64,000 nucleotides of DNA from an uncultured Gammaproteobacteria bacterium (GTDB taxonomy: Bacteria > Pseudomonadota > Gammaproteobacteria > UBA9214), in contig CAVVHS010000006.1 of NCBI GenBank assembly GCA_963748215.1, forward strand, positions 988,355 to 1,052,354, read 5' to 3'. Below, piece by piece: positions 62,589 to 64,000 of the stretch. The notes under the pieces are model-generated. The model saw only the letters and a list, made by a program, of their open reading frames with translations. It was not told where the DNA came from and did not search any database. How positions within the stretch are numbered: the stretch's first letter is position 1; every line of letters starts with the position of its first letter. Position numbers and translations under genes: made by a program.

Positions 62589-63971
62589 TTAAATGATTCC
62601 CACAGCACGTACGAATACGATACCGACGGCGACCGGGGTGATATAACGCACGAGGAAACGCCACAGCGGGTAGAAGAAACGGTCGCCCATATTCAGTTCA
62701 TCCATGCTCGATTCGCGTGACATGATCCAGGCTGCGAAGATCGCGATCAGCAAGCCGCCCAGTGGCAGCATGATGTTGGCGGTCAAATAATCGAGCAGAT
62801 CGAAGATCGTGCTGTCCCTGAATATCGGGATCATCGATAGCGGCTTGAACTCCGACCACATATTGAAAGAGAACACCGTCAGCAGCCCGAACAGCCAGGT
62901 CACGACACCGGCCAGCACGGAAGCCGACACCCGCTTCAGGCCCTGATTCTCGACCAGCCAGGCCACCGCCGGCTCGATCAGCGAGATCGAAGACGACCAT
63001 GCCGCGAACACCAGCAGGATGAAAAACAGCATACCGAAGAAAGAACCATAGGGCATATGGCCAAAGGCAATCGGCAGGGTCTGGAATATCAGCCCCGGCC
63101 CGACGCCCGGCTCCAGGCCATTGGCAAATACAATCGGAAATATGGCCATGCCTGCCAGCAATGCCACCGCGGTATCCATCAGGGAAACGGCGATGCATGT
63201 CCTGGCAATTGAAATCCTTTCAGGCAGGTAGGAGCCGTAGACCATGATGGCGCCCATGCCGAGACTCAGGGTAAAAAAGGCGTGTCCCATGGCGATCAGC
63301 ACACCGTTGGCGGTGATCTTGCTGAAATCAGCGTGAAACAGGAAGTCGATGCCCTGCTCGAATGAGCCGCTGTTCCAGGCGTAGCCGACCAGGATCAGCA
63401 GGATCAGGAACAGCCCCGGCATCAGCAGGCGCACCGCCGACTCCAGGCCGCTGCGCACGCCGCGCGCGACCACGACCATCGTCATGACCATGAACAGCGT
63501 GTGCCAGGCCAGCAAGCGCTCCGGACCGCCGATCAGGGTATCGAAAATACTCTGCACGCCATCGGCCGTCAGGCCGGTGAACATGCCGCTGCCGGCACGA
63601 AACACGTAGGCCAGTGCCCAGCCCGCGATCACGCTGTAATAGGACAGGATCAGGAAGCCGGCGACGACACCGGCCCAGCCCAGCCACTGCCAGTGCGGGT
63701 TGGCGTTTTCCTCGGCGGCCAGGGCACGCATGGTATTGATCGGGCTGCGACGGCCGCGCCGGCCGAGCAGTACCTCGGCCATCATGATCGGTATGCCGAT
63801 CACCGCGATACAGGCCAGGTAGACCAGCACGAAGGCACCACCGCCGTTCTCACCGGCGATATACGGAAACTTCCAGATGTTACCCAGACCGACGGCCGAG
63901 CCAGTCGCCGCCAGTATGAATGCCAGCCGGCCCGACCACTGGCCGTGTATGGGTTCGCGCTTGGTTGCCAT
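62589..63971 (-). CDS. Sodium-dependent transporter, SNF/NSS family
   Basis: GSAVGLGNIWKFPY..GENGGGAF, FFTLSLG, GPGL.F. Confidence 0.93.
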   Translation of the reverse strand: MATKREPIHGQWSGRLAFILAATGSAVGLGNIWKFPYIAGENGGGAFVLVYLACIAVIGIPIMMAEVLLGRRGRRSPINTMRALAAEENANPHWQWLGWAGVVAGFLILSYYSVIAGWALAYVFRAGSGMFTGLTADGVQSIFDTLIGGPERLLAWHTLFMVMTMVVVARGVRSGLESAVRLLMPGLFLILLILVGYAWNSGSFEQGIDFLFHADFSKITANGVLIAMGHAFFTLSLGMGAIMVYGSYLPERISIARTCIAVSLMDTAVALLAGMAIFPIVFANGLEPGVGPGLIFQTLPIAFGHMPYGSFFGMLFFILLVFAAWSSSISLIEPAVAWLVENQGLKRVSASVLAGVVTWLFGLLTVFSFNMWSEFKPLSMIPIFRDSTIFDLLDYLTANIMLPLGGLLIAIFAAWIMSRESSMDELNMGDRFFYPLWRFLVRYITPVAVGIVFVRAVGII

Positions 63972-64000
63972 TGTCGATCTCCGGAGACCCGCGAAATGGG

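Overview
GC-rich gammaproteobacterial core-genome region. Its synteny is Chromatiales/Xanthomonadales-like; the taxon is an inference from gene order, the hrcA-grpE-dnaK-dnaJ arrangement and the 14-gene nuoA-N. Left to right: a CbbY-like HAD hydrolase (partial), dksA with a histone-like N-terminal tail, gluQ, acs, a YheT-type hydrolase, a Sel1 protein, bcp, a host-attachment protein and a CHAD protein. Then, mostly on the minus strand: pnp, rpsO, truB, rbfA, infB, nusA, rimP, tRNA-fMet, a NUDIX gene, nuoN..nuoA, tRNA-Leu, secG, tpiA, an inserted GT2-TPR gene, glmM, folP, ftsH, rlmE, yhbY, DUF4149, greA, carB, carA, dapB, dnaJ, dnaK, grpE and hrcA. Finally nadK, recN, a K+ channel, fur, bamE, ratB, ratA and an SNF transporter. 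About ten conserved genes have broken reading frames, mostly single-base insertions where checked; these are most likely long-read consensus errors. The non-routine content is intergenic: at least six small repeat/MITE-like families sit at gene junctions. The most striking is a 111-bp x 4.7 tandem array between nuoA and nuoB. It carries an open frame that starts just upstream of the nuoA stop and ends overlapping the probable nuoB start, so it could be a frame-preserving translational-coupling bridge. A second insert between nuoJ and nuoK shows a similar stop/start overlap. No CRISPR, transposase or phage genes were seen.
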